Below are positions 18,197-28,738 of a stretch of 64,000 nucleotides of DNA, in pieces; within the stretch, counting starts at the first letter, position 1, and each line of letters opens with the position of its first letter. The position numbers and the translations under genes are program-made. The notes under the pieces are model-generated. The model was not told where the DNA came from and did no database searches. It worked only from the letters and a program-made list of their open reading frames with translations. The DNA is from a virus (lineage: Duplodnaviria > Caudoviricetes), in IMG/VR virus record IMGVR_UViG_3300009873_000012, positions 6,136 to 70,135 of that record; one strand, written 5' to 3'.

Positions 18197-21100
18197 TGAG
18201 CATATTCAAGCCTAATGAAGGCATTCAAAATATTGGGGCGTCAACCGTTCTTGGTGGAACGACCTGCTTTACATCTACGACGGAGGCTTCGGGTGAAGCC
18301 CTAGACTATAGTGGGCGCCTAGATTACGTACCACTTTGCGATTGTGATGTCTCCGGCAGCGTATACGCTGACTTTGTTGGCGCCGACCCCAGTGGTAATG
18401 GCGAACAGGGTTTAGTGCCCGCCCCTATGTCGGGAGAGGAAACTTATTTTCTACAGGGCGATGGTACGTGGGCTCCTATACCAGGTCTTTCAGATGGAGA
18501 TAATGGCGACATCCTAGTTAGTGGAGGTGGAGCTACCTGGACTATAGATGGTAATGCGGTCGATAACACAAAGTTGGCGGATATGCCCACCAATACAATA
18601 AAAGGGCGCGTTACCGCAGGAACGGGCGATCCAGAAAATTTAACTACGACACAAGCCACAACCCTTATAAATACTTTTACCGATGTATTAAAAGGTAGTG
18701 TTCCGGCAAGCGGAGGCGGCACTACTAATTTTTTAAGGGCAGACGGAACTTGGACAACAGTTCCTTGTTGCTTGCCAGACCAATATGAGTTAAGTGCTTT
18801 ACCGGACCCGAGTGGATTCGCCGTAGGCGATCCGATCTGGGTCTTAGATAGTCCCGATGGAGATCCCGCCATTGCCTATTCTGATGGTTTAGTGTGGCGC
18901 CTAGCAGACGGCGAAATTATAGACGACCCAGCTATCGCCGGGATGTGGTTTTGGGTTAATGGGTTTAGCACGGATGGACTAAAAGTACAAGATGACTTCA
19001 GAAATGGAACAGTGCGTCCACTACAACCTGGACGGTGCGTGGACTTGAACGGGTCAACTCAGTACATTGATTGCCCACTGGCGACCAGCATCACAGCCTA
19101 CCCACTAACGATTTTTGCGAGGATCAAAGATCCGGCTGGCAATACTTCCTTGGTGATGCCTTTGAGCCTTCTCACGCGAGCTGCTGGTGACAGGTACCTT
19201 ACCCTTTCATCGTTTGACGGGAGAACTCCTGGGACTAATCGCCGTAATACCACAGATACGCAGTCAGCATTTGGGTCGGACTGGACAAACGCGTGGGACA
19301 CCGTTGCTATTTGTTGGCTATCCGCAACCTCGTACAAGTGGTCCCAAAACGGTTCGGCATGGGTCACTGTATCTGGATTGACGAGCGTTGCGTGTCCGAC
19401 GATTGACACATTGATTATCGGACAACTGCGACTTACCGTACCCACGGCTTACTTTGGTGGTCATCTGTCTGATGTCAGACTATGGTCAGACGAACTGTCA
19501 CAAGCAGAACTCGATACCGTTGAAGCGTTTGGGTCGCACACCGATAATCTTGTCGGTCATTGGAAACTGGACGACGTATCCTCCACCCTCTTCCAAGACT
19601 CCAGCGGCAACGGCAATCACGGCACGGCAGTTGGTTGGTTAACTACCATGCATTATGAAGGTAAAGACGTTCCATATTCCTGGCAGAATGAAGTAGGATA
19701 TAGCTCGGATAATAAAACTAACATAATAATTGGTGGAACCGACTTAAGTAATGGTGCATGGGCAAATATTCGATCAAGCGAGTCTGTTAATCAAGATTAT
19801 AGTCCTGTAACGGGCACTTTAACAGCTGATAAACTGATAGAAGACGGCACAGCAGCAGCTTCACATTTTATCTATAATAGTACGGCAAAGGCTGCAACAG
19901 CCTTACCATATTGCTGCGAATTATATGCAAAAGCAGCCGGGCGCTCAGAAATTAGAGTATTGCTTTCAAGAGCTAATAGTGCAAATTATGCTGGCGCGTT
20001 TTTCTTGCTAACTGGAAGTGGATCTGCACATACATTAATTACTTCGGGATTTTCTGGAATATTCGCAGAAATTTTACACGTTGGTGATGGTTGGTATCGT
20101 TGTCGTATAGGTTCAGTTTCAGATACAGATACATGGATCACAGTATCAATTTATACTAGTGCTGGAGGTGCCGTTACAAGCTATAATGGTGACGGCGTCA
20201 GCGGAGTATTAATTTCAGATGTTCGTCTGTTTAATGGTTCTTTCTATACGGCAAGGAAAGAGTCAGCTCCCACTACAGATAATCTTGGTAACGCTCTCCA
20301 ATATACAGGTCAGTGTCCACTAGAACTCCCAATGAACAGTAGTAATTGCTTAACATTAAATGGCACGAATCAGTATGCCGATTGTGGGACGGACACATGG
20401 GATACAGATGGAACGCAGGCAATGGTATTGCGTGCTAGAATTAAATTTACATCTTTAGTTGGTAATCCAGTATTTTTAAGTTACATTAATGCAGCTGGAA
20501 CTATAGGGTGGTATGCTCAAGTTAGCGATACTGGAAGAGTATTTTTCTATCTAGTAAATAATGGTGCTACGAATGGACTATCTATATATACGGCGGCTGG
20601 TACGATTACTACTGGTGTTTGGTATGAATTTGAATTAACGTATGATGGTTCGCGGACAGCCGCAGGAGTAACACTTCAATTAGACGGAATTCCAGTACCT
20701 ATACTTACAAACTATCAAACATTGACGCTTAGTACGTCAGTATCAACAGTTTCTTTTGTTGGAGCTGCAAGTTGGTTTGGCTCATATGTGTCTGGCTCAA
20801 TTTGCGATATAACTATAACAATAGGTAGCAAAACTTGGGAATACTGGTGCGCGGAAGGTTCTGGCGCCACAATTTACAATAGAAATTCCAACGTTACTGC
20901 TGGAACTGGACATGGCACCATAGCTAATCCTGGTAGTAATTGGGGTACCCTCCAAAACGTGTTTCATGGAAACATGCTATATGGATTCCGTGATAGTGGC
21001 GGTGTAAAAATTCCAGCGCGCGATAATTATGTTGCCGCCGATGGGAACGCTCTAACTAATCCCGCCGCTTTGCCGGGCGCGAAGGACTTCCATAATGGAG

Positions 21101-21258
21101 CTGAAACTATAATCGACTGGGAAGCTGGAGAACCCGACGCTACAATTTGGGCGACCTATAATGTACCGAGCGCGTATTCCTTTGGTGGCGCCCTTGAAGA
21201 CCTACAAAATAGAAATTATTCCGCTGTCCGCAAGGACCGCTTTATATTGAGGAGTTAA
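18196..21258 (+). CDS. Fibre/receptor-binding protein with two LamG (concanavalin-like) domains and a carbohydrate-binding-like domain
   Basis: Fibre motifs (TKLADMPTNTIKGR, TTNFLRADGTW), two LamG-like starts (CVDLNGSTQYIDC, CLTLNGTNQYADC), and LSDVRLWSDELS...HWKLDD...DSSGNGNHGT. Confidence 0.7.
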   Translation: MSIFKPNEGIQNIGASTVLGGTTCFTSTTEASGEALDYSGRLDYVPLCDCDVSGSVYADFVGADPSGNGEQGLVPAPMSGEETYFLQGDGTWAPIPGLSDGDNGDILVSGGGATWTIDGNAVDNTKLADMPTNTIKGRVTAGTGDPENLTTTQATTLINTFTDVLKGSVPASGGGTTNFLRADGTWTTVPCCLPDQYELSALPDPSGFAVGDPIWVLDSPDGDPAIAYSDGLVWRLADGEIIDDPAIAGMWFWVNGFSTDGLKVQDDFRNGTVRPLQPGRCVDLNGSTQYIDCPLATSITAYPLTIFARIKDPAGNTSLVMPLSLLTRAAGDRYLTLSSFDGRTPGTNRRNTTDTQSAFGSDWTNAWDTVAICWLSATSYKWSQNGSAWVTVSGLTSVACPTIDTLIIGQLRLTVPTAYFGGHLSDVRLWSDELSQAELDTVEAFGSHTDNLVGHWKLDDVSSTLFQDSSGNGNHGTAVGWLTTMHYEGKDVPYSWQNEVGYSSDNKTNIIIGGTDLSNGAWANIRSSESVNQDYSPVTGTLTADKLIEDGTAAASHFIYNSTAKAATALPYCCELYAKAAGRSEIRVLLSRANSANYAGAFFLLTGSGSAHTLITSGFSGIFAEILHVGDGWYRCRIGSVSDTDTWITVSIYTSAGGAVTSYNGDGVSGVLISDVRLFNGSFYTARKESAPTTDNLGNALQYTGQCPLELPMNSSNCLTLNGTNQYADCGTDTWDTDGTQAMVLRARIKFTSLVGNPVFLSYINAAGTIGWYAQVSDTGRVFFYLVNNGATNGLSIYTAAGTITTGVWYEFELTYDGSRTAAGVTLQLDGIPVPILTNYQTLTLSTSVSTVSFVGAASWFGSYVSGSICDITITIGSKTWEYWCAEGSGATIYNRNSNVTAGTGHGTIANPGSNWGTLQNVFHGNMLYGFRDSGGVKIPARDNYVAADGNALTNPAALPGAKDFHNGAETIIDWEAGEPDATIWATYNVPSAYSFGGALEDLQNRNYSAVRKDRFILRS

Positions 21259-21259
21259 C

Positions 21260-23134
21260 ATGATACCAATTTTAAGACCGCAAACAACAAATGTGAATGG
21301 ATATCCACTCCACGTTTGGCAGGTCAATGGGAGTGATGTAGTCACTCTAAGTAGTAGTGGGTTAACCTCTACGGAAGTGCTAGGTCTAAGCGGCGTAGGT
21401 CATATTTTGTTTGACCCTGATAATACTTATGATATTGGGGCGTCTGGCGCCAACAGACCGCGCAATCTTTATATGGGCGGTCATATTACGCTAGCTAATA
21501 ATGGTATGGTATCAGTTGGAAATTCTGGGGGTACTATTACTTTAGGGAGCAATGGAACCATTCAATTTGGATCGGGCGGTATTTTGACTTGGTCTTCTAC
21601 CACCGATCCTACTGCTACCAAAGACGTTCTATTGTTTAGAGATGCCGCCAATTCACTAGGACAGCGAAATGGGGTAAGCGCCCAAAGTTCGGCAATTTAT
21701 AATACGTATTCGGATACGTCTAATTACGAGCGATTGCGTATGTATTGGAGTGGAAATTCAGCTTGGATTGCATCTGAGGCAGCGGGAACTGGCACTGGAA
21801 GAAGTTTATTTCTTCTTGGCGGAACAACACAAGTAGCTATTCCATATTCTGCTTCTGGTGGAAGAGTAACACTGACACAAAACAATGCCTATGGAGCTAT
21901 TCATCTTCAAAATACTTCAGGGGCAACAGCTTTCACAATTTTAGAAGGCGGTTATCTTGGCTTAAACTATCAGATTAATGCCGCAATGAGATTTGGTACA
22001 AATAGTACTTATCGCTGGCAAATTTCAGCGGCGGGACACTTGTTAGCAGAAACAGATAATACTTATGATATTGGAGCCGTTGGAGCTACACGACCACGTC
22101 ATTTATACTTGGGTGGCGGAATTGCAGCAATTGGAAATATTGTAAGTTCAACTGGATATATTAGCGCATATGCGGATATTCGATTGTGGGATTTGCCATA
22201 TATGCGAGTTGCCATACCGGGAGCTTCTGCTCAATGGGCTGGTGGTTATAACGTAGAAGGTAATGCGACTCCATTTACTTCGCTCAGACATAATGCAACA
22301 GCTCCGGCAACATATATAATGCATTTTAATGATGGAAGTATACAATTTGGAACGGCTACATCACAAACTGCTGGAACGACTATTGGATCACGATGGAAGT
22401 TTGATCCAAGTGGAATGTTTACTCCCGTTACAAATGTGGTGTACGATGTTGGAACAGCTGCCGCCCGCGTTCGTAATGTAATTTCTAGTGACTTTACTAG
22501 TTATAACGCTTATACTGATGCGAGTAATTATGAGCGTTTACATATGTTTTGGTCAACTAATACAGCTTATTTAGGCACCGAACAATTAGGAACTGGAGTA
22601 GCTCGTTCTCTATATTTGGGTACTTTTGGAGCGGCAAATCTTGCTCTAATCAGTAATAACATAATTAGATGGATTGTAGATAGTACTGGACATTTAGTCG
22701 CAGGAGCTGATAACACTTATGATATTGGCTCTAACTCCCTAATGTGTCGCACTGTTAACACTAAAGAGTTTTGGAGCTGGAACACCTCCAGTGAAAAGGG
22801 TGGCATAACATGGTCATCCAATATTATGCGAGTTGGCACTGTTGCTGCACGAGCATTGGCGCTTGTTACAAGTGATACGGCTCGAATAATTATACCGTCT
22901 GGCGGATATATACAAATTGTTGACGGGAATAGCTTAGAATTTGGAACTACAACTGGAACCCAACTGGGTACTACTAGTAGTCAAAAATTATCATTTTGGG
23001 GCGCTACTCCCGTAGATCGTCCAACTTTTATTGCGGACCCCGCTGGTGGTGGTACCGTAGACGCTGAAGCTCGCACGGCAATTGCGGCAATTTTAGATTT
23101 GTTAATCGAAGTCGGCTTAATGGCGGCTTCCTAA
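21260..23134 (+). CDS. Tail/head fibre protein with internal repeats
   Basis: Four DNTYDIG-type repeats, two Y..Y.D.SNYERL repeats, and the common fibre C-terminus GTT..QKLSFWGATP...AILDLLIEVGL. Confidence 0.7.
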   Translation: MIPILRPQTTNVNGYPLHVWQVNGSDVVTLSSSGLTSTEVLGLSGVGHILFDPDNTYDIGASGANRPRNLYMGGHITLANNGMVSVGNSGGTITLGSNGTIQFGSGGILTWSSTTDPTATKDVLLFRDAANSLGQRNGVSAQSSAIYNTYSDTSNYERLRMYWSGNSAWIASEAAGTGTGRSLFLLGGTTQVAIPYSASGGRVTLTQNNAYGAIHLQNTSGATAFTILEGGYLGLNYQINAAMRFGTNSTYRWQISAAGHLLAETDNTYDIGAVGATRPRHLYLGGGIAAIGNIVSSTGYISAYADIRLWDLPYMRVAIPGASAQWAGGYNVEGNATPFTSLRHNATAPATYIMHFNDGSIQFGTATSQTAGTTIGSRWKFDPSGMFTPVTNVVYDVGTAAARVRNVISSDFTSYNAYTDASNYERLHMFWSTNTAYLGTEQLGTGVARSLYLGTFGAANLALISNNIIRWIVDSTGHLVAGADNTYDIGSNSLMCRTVNTKEFWSWNTSSEKGGITWSSNIMRVGTVAARALALVTSDTARIIIPSGGYIQIVDGNSLEFGTTTGTQLGTTSSQKLSFWGATPVDRPTFIADPAGGGTVDAEARTAIAAILDLLIEVGLMAAS

Positions 23135-23146
23135 AGGAGAGAGAAA

Positions 23147-23446
23147 ATGATCGAAGTATTAAGTGCAGAAGAACTAGTGGGTGCTAAATTTGCAACACAG
23201 CTTGCTAATGAAGGTAAAGAAGAAGAAATGACGGTTGATCAATATTTAGAAGGAGTATTAAAGTCAGCTTGTCAACATTATTATAATACTTATTTGTTGG
23301 AAGATAAAAAAGTAATAGTGGAAACTATTGAGAAGATGACAAAGGAAGACAAAGAAGCTCTACGTACCCAAATTGGAGCGCCGGAAGTTATTAAGAAAGA
23401 AGTTGTTGTAGAAGAAGTTTCTCCAGTAGTTGAAGAGATTAAGTAA
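23147..23446 (+). CDS. Small acidic hypothetical protein (possible fibre assembly chaperone)
   Basis: 99 aa with a strong SD (AAAGGAG), directly after the fibre gene. Confidence 0.55.
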   Translation: MIEVLSAEELVGAKFATQLANEGKEEEMTVDQYLEGVLKSACQHYYNTYLLEDKKVIVETIEKMTKEDKEALRTQIGAPEVIKKEVVVEEVSPVVEEIK

Positions 23447-23448
23447 AT

Positions 23449-23994
23449 ATGCTAGATCCATCAGGTAATCCCGCTCCATTATACGCCACCAATCCGTTCG
23501 CTGGAATTATTACTCCGGCGTTTCACCGCACTTTTATAAATGCGATTGATGCGCTTTTAATGGACGGGGCTCTCACCTCACCATGCGATTTAGTGTTCGG
23601 TAATACTAAATTCACGTATTGTGTGAACTGTTTAAATGGAACTTACAAGGTGGGCGGACCTATTCCCTTTCCTACGGGGAAGATTTGCCCGCTTTGTGTA
23701 GGACAACCTTGCCAACCTGTTTTAGAAACAGAGTGCTTCTCTCTTATGGTCATACAGGATCCAAAACAATGGCGACTTGTGTCGAAAACACTCGCCGCGC
23801 CTGCTATTAAGCAAGGATACCTAGAAACCATGTGTCGAATAGAACTAACTAATAAGTTGAGGGCGTGCGAGTATATCATACCTAATAAGTGTGACGCTTG
23901 TATTAATGGGGCACACTTTAAAAGAGTTAGTGAGCCGCTCTTTATTGGGCTGGGTAAACCTAACTATATAATTATTGGGTGGGAGCGTGTGTAA
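23449..23994 (+). CDS. Putative head-closure/neck protein, Cys-rich
   Basis: Located in the neck module; CxNC and CPxC motifs; 11 Cys in 181 aa. Confidence 0.5.
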   Translation: MLDPSGNPAPLYATNPFAGIITPAFHRTFINAIDALLMDGALTSPCDLVFGNTKFTYCVNCLNGTYKVGGPIPFPTGKICPLCVGQPCQPVLETECFSLMVIQDPKQWRLVSKTLAAPAIKQGYLETMCRIELTNKLRACEYIIPNKCDACINGAHFKRVSEPLFIGLGKPNYIIIGWERV

Positions 23995-24015
23995 ACACAC
24001 ACAGGGAAGAAGAAT

Positions 24016-24723
24016 ATGGCTAGAAGAGTCAGCATAACAGAGAATACGCGCCGGTTTGAAGCGCGTCTTGCTACGATTATGAAGCAGACTGCTGAGGAAA
24101 TCGCGCCAAAAATTAGCGAAGTTGTGCAGCGAGAAGCGTTGCGCGAATTTGAGAAGGATCCCACCATACTCGCAATGAGAGAGGATGATAGTCTAAGAGG
24201 ACAAATTGGATTTTTTACAAAAACTGAGAGAAATAATACGCGCTATCTAATTAATTATATTGGAAAAACGGCTGGCGCTAAAGAGAACAACGAAATTAAA
24301 ATAAAGGGACAAAGATCTGGCAAAACCGTAATTGAATACCGTCTCCTAATAAACTTTCACGAATTTGTTGATAGTGCGCCCGACTGGCAATACATTCAAT
24401 ATTTGAATAGAGAAACAGGTCACTTAGTTTCACTCCCCTGGCTTAAGTGGTTTATTTTAGGTGGACAGGGTATTATTATTAAGGGGTTTGATGCCGTGAG
24501 AACTAGAAATATTGGAGCTTCCCGCAGTAGAACGGGCTACTTAATGAAGAAGGGCACTAGTTGGCGTGTACCGGCAGAACATGCTGGCACCTCAGTTGAT
24601 AATTTTGTGACGCGCGGTTTAAGGCGCATTTTAGATAATGGCGGTCCTTTAAGAAAGTCTATAAATACACAAATTAATTTGGCAATTAGGCGTACTCAAC
24701 GCAGATTTACGAGGACTAGATGA
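24016..24723 (+). CDS. Putative neck/tail-completion protein (basic)
   Basis: 235 aa between the head-closure and tail-terminator-like genes; contains LPWLKWFILGG and WRVPAEHAGT..DNFVTR. Confidence 0.45.
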   Translation: MARRVSITENTRRFEARLATIMKQTAEEIAPKISEVVQREALREFEKDPTILAMREDDSLRGQIGFFTKTERNNTRYLINYIGKTAGAKENNEIKIKGQRSGKTVIEYRLLINFHEFVDSAPDWQYIQYLNRETGHLVSLPWLKWFILGGQGIIIKGFDAVRTRNIGASRSRTGYLMKKGTSWRVPAEHAGTSVDNFVTRGLRRILDNGGPLRKSINTQINLAIRRTQRRFTRTR

Positions 24724-25652
24724 GCTGTAATTGTGATCATAAATTTGGACGAGTTTCCCACTTTGGGCTATCTCCCGTTATAAACAAGTTAGAGAAAAAT
24801 ATAAAAGCTTATTTAGATTGGGCGTTCTTAGGTATAGGGGCATGGTCTGATATTCCAGCTTCGGGCACCGTAATGAGTGAGTTAAGACAAACCGACTATG
24901 CGGCGGGTTATACTACAGGTGAAGCTTGGGAGGCGCGCCGCAAACACTGGGTTTATGAGTCGGCAGAGTACACTGATATGAGTGGAGTTACTCACTCCCC
25001 CGTAGACGTAGAAGTTTATGTAGACTCAGTCTTAATGCCTTCCGGCTATGACGTTGACTATGTCAACGGCAGAGTAATTTTTGAGACGCCAGTGTCAAGT
25101 ACAAGTACGGTCACCGCTAAGTACCCCTTTAGGAACGTTCAAGTTTATATTGGAGATGAGCAGAAGTGGTGGCAAACAATCCAAGAAAGAATGTGGGATT
25201 TGGAGGGAGATTTTTTTGAACAAGCTCAGTGTGGCGAGTGGATTATTAACCAACACCATAGAATACAATTGCCTTGCGTTGTTATAACTTCGAGACCCTC
25301 CGGGTCCTTAAGAGGGTATGGATTGGGCGAAGCTTGTGTAAAGCGCACCCACTCCGTTGATTTACATGTTCTCGCAGAAGATAAATGCACGCGCGATAAT
25401 ATTGTAGATATTTTAGTTGCCCAATCAGAAAAGTGTGTGTGCCTATATGATACTGATGCGGTCACTATGAGCGGGGAAAACCCACTAGATTGCAACGGCT
25501 TCCATGTCGGAGACAAAGACTTTCCTGAACTAGTGGAGTATTTCCCATGGACTATTACGCGCCCAGAAAATGCGCGAATAAGCGCCATAGGAACTCTACA
25601 ATGTGGCTTGTATGAGGGTATAGTTTCTATCGACTATATTCTAATTTGTTAA
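24720..25652 (+). CDS. Putative tail terminator/completion protein
   Basis: Immediately upstream of the tail tube gene; contains YLDWAFLGIGAW, VDYVNGRVIF and QLPCVVI. 11 Cys in 310 aa. Confidence 0.5.
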   Translation: MSCNCDHKFGRVSHFGLSPVINKLEKNIKAYLDWAFLGIGAWSDIPASGTVMSELRQTDYAAGYTTGEAWEARRKHWVYESAEYTDMSGVTHSPVDVEVYVDSVLMPSGYDVDYVNGRVIFETPVSSTSTVTAKYPFRNVQVYIGDEQKWWQTIQERMWDLEGDFFEQAQCGEWIINQHHRIQLPCVVITSRPSGSLRGYGLGEACVKRTHSVDLHVLAEDKCTRDNIVDILVAQSEKCVCLYDTDAVTMSGENPLDCNGFHVGDKDFPELVEYFPWTITRPENARISAIGTLQCGLYEGIVSIDYILIC

Positions 25653-25656
25653 TAAC

Positions 25657-25668
25657 GGTGTATATAAT
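25657..25668 (+). promoter_or_regulatory. Putative late promoter GGTGTATATAAT
   Basis: Exact match to the 5058 motif, in the short gap before the tail tube gene, followed by AAAAGGA and the ATG at 25689. Confidence 0.65.
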
Positions 25669-25688
25669 TTTAAAAAGGAACAATATAA

Positions 25689-26930
25689 ATGGCATGCACA
25701 CCTAATTCATGCGGAACAGTAAAATGGGCGGCTCAACAGTTTGGCATCAAGTCGTATTGCGACGTGGTTGATGCTCCATCTGGTCAGGCTTACACATATA
25801 CTGCCGATCACGTTATCAAGGGCGTTCAGTCTGTTGGTTTTGATAGCAACTTCGAACTTACCCCGATTTTCCAGCTTTCTCAAGGCGAAATTTATGAAAC
25901 AAACGAGGGGTTGCCTCAAGTAGATATTTCAGTTAATAAAGTGCTTGATGGATATACTCCCGTTTATTTGGCAGCTACACAAGACTCGGTTTCTCCCACA
26001 TTATTTGGTAGAGCCCCGGTCAAGTGTGTGCCTGCCATTGCTATTTTTCCCTGTACTGTAGATAGTGCCACTGGTGCTCCGAACGCAACCGTAGTGTTTC
26101 CACAGGCTCAGGTTAACTCGGTCTCATATACGTTTGGTAATGACGGTCCTTTCACTGAGGACGTTTCCTTTATTGCAAATAACGTATTGTGGAGTAATCC
26201 GGCTGGTCACCCTGGACACGACGCCAACTGCCCTGGCGGCGGCTGCGAATTAAGCGCCCAATTTTTAGCAGATATTGCATCCATCAGTTTTAGCGGTTTT
26301 AATACCACGAACAGTGAAAGTCCTAATCCTAAAGTTCAGTTCCGCGAAGACTTGATCTTCGGTTATGATGAGCTTGCCCCGCTAGACTTGAACTGTATGG
26401 TGGCTGATCCTGACGCTACTGTGCTCCCCCCTGAAGTTTATGGGATTACTGCCTCTGGCGTAAATGATGATGATATTTGCGTTAACAATATAACGATTTC
26501 TGTAGATCTTTCCCGCGAAGAGATTTTCTGCTTGGGAACACGCGGTCCTCGTAATCGTACTATCACAACTCCTGTTACGGTTTCCACCTCGATTGAGGTT
26601 AATAGCGAGACCGGCGACAACGTTTCCGCAACTGACTATGGTATTTGCGAGTATCCTGCCTACTCGGGCACTTTGTGCTCCAACCTAGGTATTAACTTGC
26701 CAAACCGCACTATTCGCGTTGCAACTTGCGATGGTTTGCGCGTATATACCGGTATTCGTAATAAGCTAGTAAGCTCGAGTCAATCGGGCGGTGGTACTGA
26801 CGGTTCAAACTTGACTGTGACCTACAACTTCCAGACTTTTAATACATTTACTGTTCTTCATGAGAACGATGTACACCCCTCGGGGGCGACTTGGTGGGCT
26901 AACAGAGACACATGGTTGACGGACGTTTAA
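25689..26930 (+). CDS. Major tail tube protein
   Basis: 413 aa beta-rich acidic protein (GVQSVG.DSNFELTPIFQLSQ.EIYE; ITISVDLSREEIF.LG.RGP) with its own promoter, upstream of the chaperones and tape measure. Confidence 0.7.
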   Translation: MACTPNSCGTVKWAAQQFGIKSYCDVVDAPSGQAYTYTADHVIKGVQSVGFDSNFELTPIFQLSQGEIYETNEGLPQVDISVNKVLDGYTPVYLAATQDSVSPTLFGRAPVKCVPAIAIFPCTVDSATGAPNATVVFPQAQVNSVSYTFGNDGPFTEDVSFIANNVLWSNPAGHPGHDANCPGGGCELSAQFLADIASISFSGFNTTNSESPNPKVQFREDLIFGYDELAPLDLNCMVADPDATVLPPEVYGITASGVNDDDICVNNITISVDLSREEIFCLGTRGPRNRTITTPVTVSTSIEVNSETGDNVSATDYGICEYPAYSGTLCSNLGINLPNRTIRVATCDGLRVYTGIRNKLVSSSQSGGGTDGSNLTVTYNFQTFNTFTVLHENDVHPSGATWWANRDTWLTDV

Positions 26931-27799
26931 GCAGATTATTAACGCAATATATACAATTTGATAATTTAGATTATAAACAAAACATAGAGTGGGATCTTCG
27001 CTATCGCGGGGATCTCCTCTATAAGGATTTAATTTACAAAAACCGCTTTACAATTATGACGCGCGATCAAGCAACCAACGTGCTAATCGAGCGAGGAATT
27101 CTTGCAATGGATTATAAAGCGCAAATTACCCAGATGAACGCGCAAATTAGGCGCGCCCAAATGCAGCTGGCGGATAGTTTTGATAATTTGTTGTTGCGCA
27201 AAAGACACAAAAATACAATTAATGCTATTCGAAATTCCCTCTATAAGCTTTTTTCTACCGCGCAATGTCTAGACGCTTATACTTTAGAGGGATACGCCAC
27301 CCAATATGTCCATCACTATATTATACAAAATTCACTTTATAGAAATGGGCGTAAATTAAAGGTAAAGTTTGCTACTGCAAACCGCGTTTATAACGAGTTG
27401 GCGTTTTATCAGGAAGAGCCGCGCGAAATAGCTAAAGATGAAGAATGGCGCGCTATTTGGGGAGTTAAGCGCGTTAGCGCTTTCAAGTATAGCCCACTTA
27501 CTCATGCACAAATTATGCTTGCGTCTTTTTCAAAAATGTATGATAGTGTTTATAAAAGTCCGGAAAAACCAAATGACGAATTAATAGCGGATAATGACGC
27601 GCTTGATGGATGGTTTCACAATCAAAATGCGCGCTCTAATAAGGGCGGCATAGCTGATAAGGTAGCGAGTAAAAAAGAAGTTTTTGTAATGGTTAATAAT
27701 CAAGAAGAGGCAAACGAGGTCTATATGAGTAATGGGGCTAGGGAGCAGGCTATACAGTCTGCGCGATTAAAGCAGGGGGTTTTAAATGTCAAGCGATAA
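26912..27799 (+). CDS. Hypothetical protein (tail assembly region)
   Basis: 295 aa helical ORF between the tail tube and tape measure genes. Confidence 0.55.
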   Translation: MVDGRLSRLLTQYIQFDNLDYKQNIEWDLRYRGDLLYKDLIYKNRFTIMTRDQATNVLIERGILAMDYKAQITQMNAQIRRAQMQLADSFDNLLLRKRHKNTINAIRNSLYKLFSTAQCLDAYTLEGYATQYVHHYIIQNSLYRNGRKLKVKFATANRVYNELAFYQEEPREIAKDEEWRAIWGVKRVSAFKYSPLTHAQIMLASFSKMYDSVYKSPEKPNDELIADNDALDGWFHNQNARSNKGGIADKVASKKEVFVMVNNQEEANEVYMSNGAREQAIQSARLKQGVLNVKR

Positions 27800-28076
27800 T
27801 ATTAATGACAAACAGAAGTTAAGGCGCATAGTATCTACTTCATTAGAGACGGTGGCTATTGGTGCCCTTGTCGCAATGGAAGAGGATATGGGTGATTTGT
27901 GGGGGCATGGCAAGCCAGAAGACGAACTAACAGAGGATGAAATTTTAATGTATGAGACATGGAAGGGCATCAGAGATAGAATACTGAAGCGATTGAGTGA
28001 TTCTAAAAAGGCGGCGTTTTTGCATATCGATGGGTTTAATGTACGAAGTAAGAAATTTTTTGGAGATTTAAGATGA
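27786..28076 (+). CDS. Small hypothetical protein
   Basis: 96 aa ORF coupled to its neighbours by short overlaps. Confidence 0.6.
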   Translation: MSSDNINDKQKLRRIVSTSLETVAIGALVAMEEDMGDLWGHGKPEDELTEDEILMYETWKGIRDRILKRLSDSKKAAFLHIDGFNVRSKKFFGDLR

Positions 28077-28735
28077 AGACTATTGAATTTGAGATTCAGG
28101 GTGAAGATGGTAGCGTAGTTAAGTATAAGGTTGATAGCCCCTCTGTAAAGGAGCGTCAAGAAGGCAAGCGCGTATACAATCAAACTTTTCGCGAAGCGGT
28201 AAAGAGCGGTGCTTGGTTGCGCGCCCAAATTAATGAGTTAGCTAAGGAAACCGGAATTTGGAATGAGAGTAAGGAGGCGCGCCTTAGTGAAATTAATGCA
28301 GAGATGGTGCGCCTTGAGAAAAAGCTTGAGGCGGGCGGCTATGAGTTAGAAGAGGCTAAAAAGGACGCCCTTGAAATGAAGGCACTGCGAGAGGAATCAT
28401 TCTCGCTAAGTCTTGAGTTCGCCACATTACTACAGCATACTGCAGAGGGTCAAGCCCAATCTGTCGAAAATGACTATATGGTGTATTTATGTTTAAAGGA
28501 TATGAACGGGAAGCGCTATTGCTCTTCCTTTGATGATTATATGCAGAAGAAAGATGCGGACGATTTAATAGTTGCGAGCGCCCTAATTAGATATAGTTAT
28601 GATGTTGACTTTTATGATAAATTGCCAGAAGTTAAATTCATGAACAAATTTATGCCAGAAACTAAGGTGGAAGTTAAGGAAGAAATAGTAGTACCTCAAC
28701 CCTTCTTAGTTAATGGAATTGCTATAAGCGAGTAA
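28073..28735 (+). CDS. Putative tail assembly chaperone
   Basis: Acidic helical 220-aa protein directly upstream of the tape measure gene. Confidence 0.55.
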   Translation: MKTIEFEIQGEDGSVVKYKVDSPSVKERQEGKRVYNQTFREAVKSGAWLRAQINELAKETGIWNESKEARLSEINAEMVRLEKKLEAGGYELEEAKKDALEMKALREESFSLSLEFATLLQHTAEGQAQSVENDYMVYLCLKDMNGKRYCSSFDDYMQKKDADDLIVASALIRYSYDVDFYDKLPEVKFMNKFMPETKVEVKEEIVVPQPFLVNGIAISE

Positions 28736-28738
28736 AAT

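Noticed and set aside
21260-23134. Diversity-generating retroelement TR/VR pair among the fibre repeats
   Set aside because: No reverse transcriptase is present in the window, and the repeat differences are not adenine-specific.
23987-24000. GTGTGTAAACACAC as a late-promoter variant or hairpin
   Set aside because: It lacks the GG start and the AT(A/G) tail of the motif, and the stem is only 4-6 bp overlapping a stop codon. It is too weak to call.
27775-27783. GGGGGTTTT as a tail-chaperone programmed -1 frameshift site
   Set aside because: The run is not phased as X XXY YYZ in the ORF frame, and the next ORF is in the +1 frame with its own ATG.
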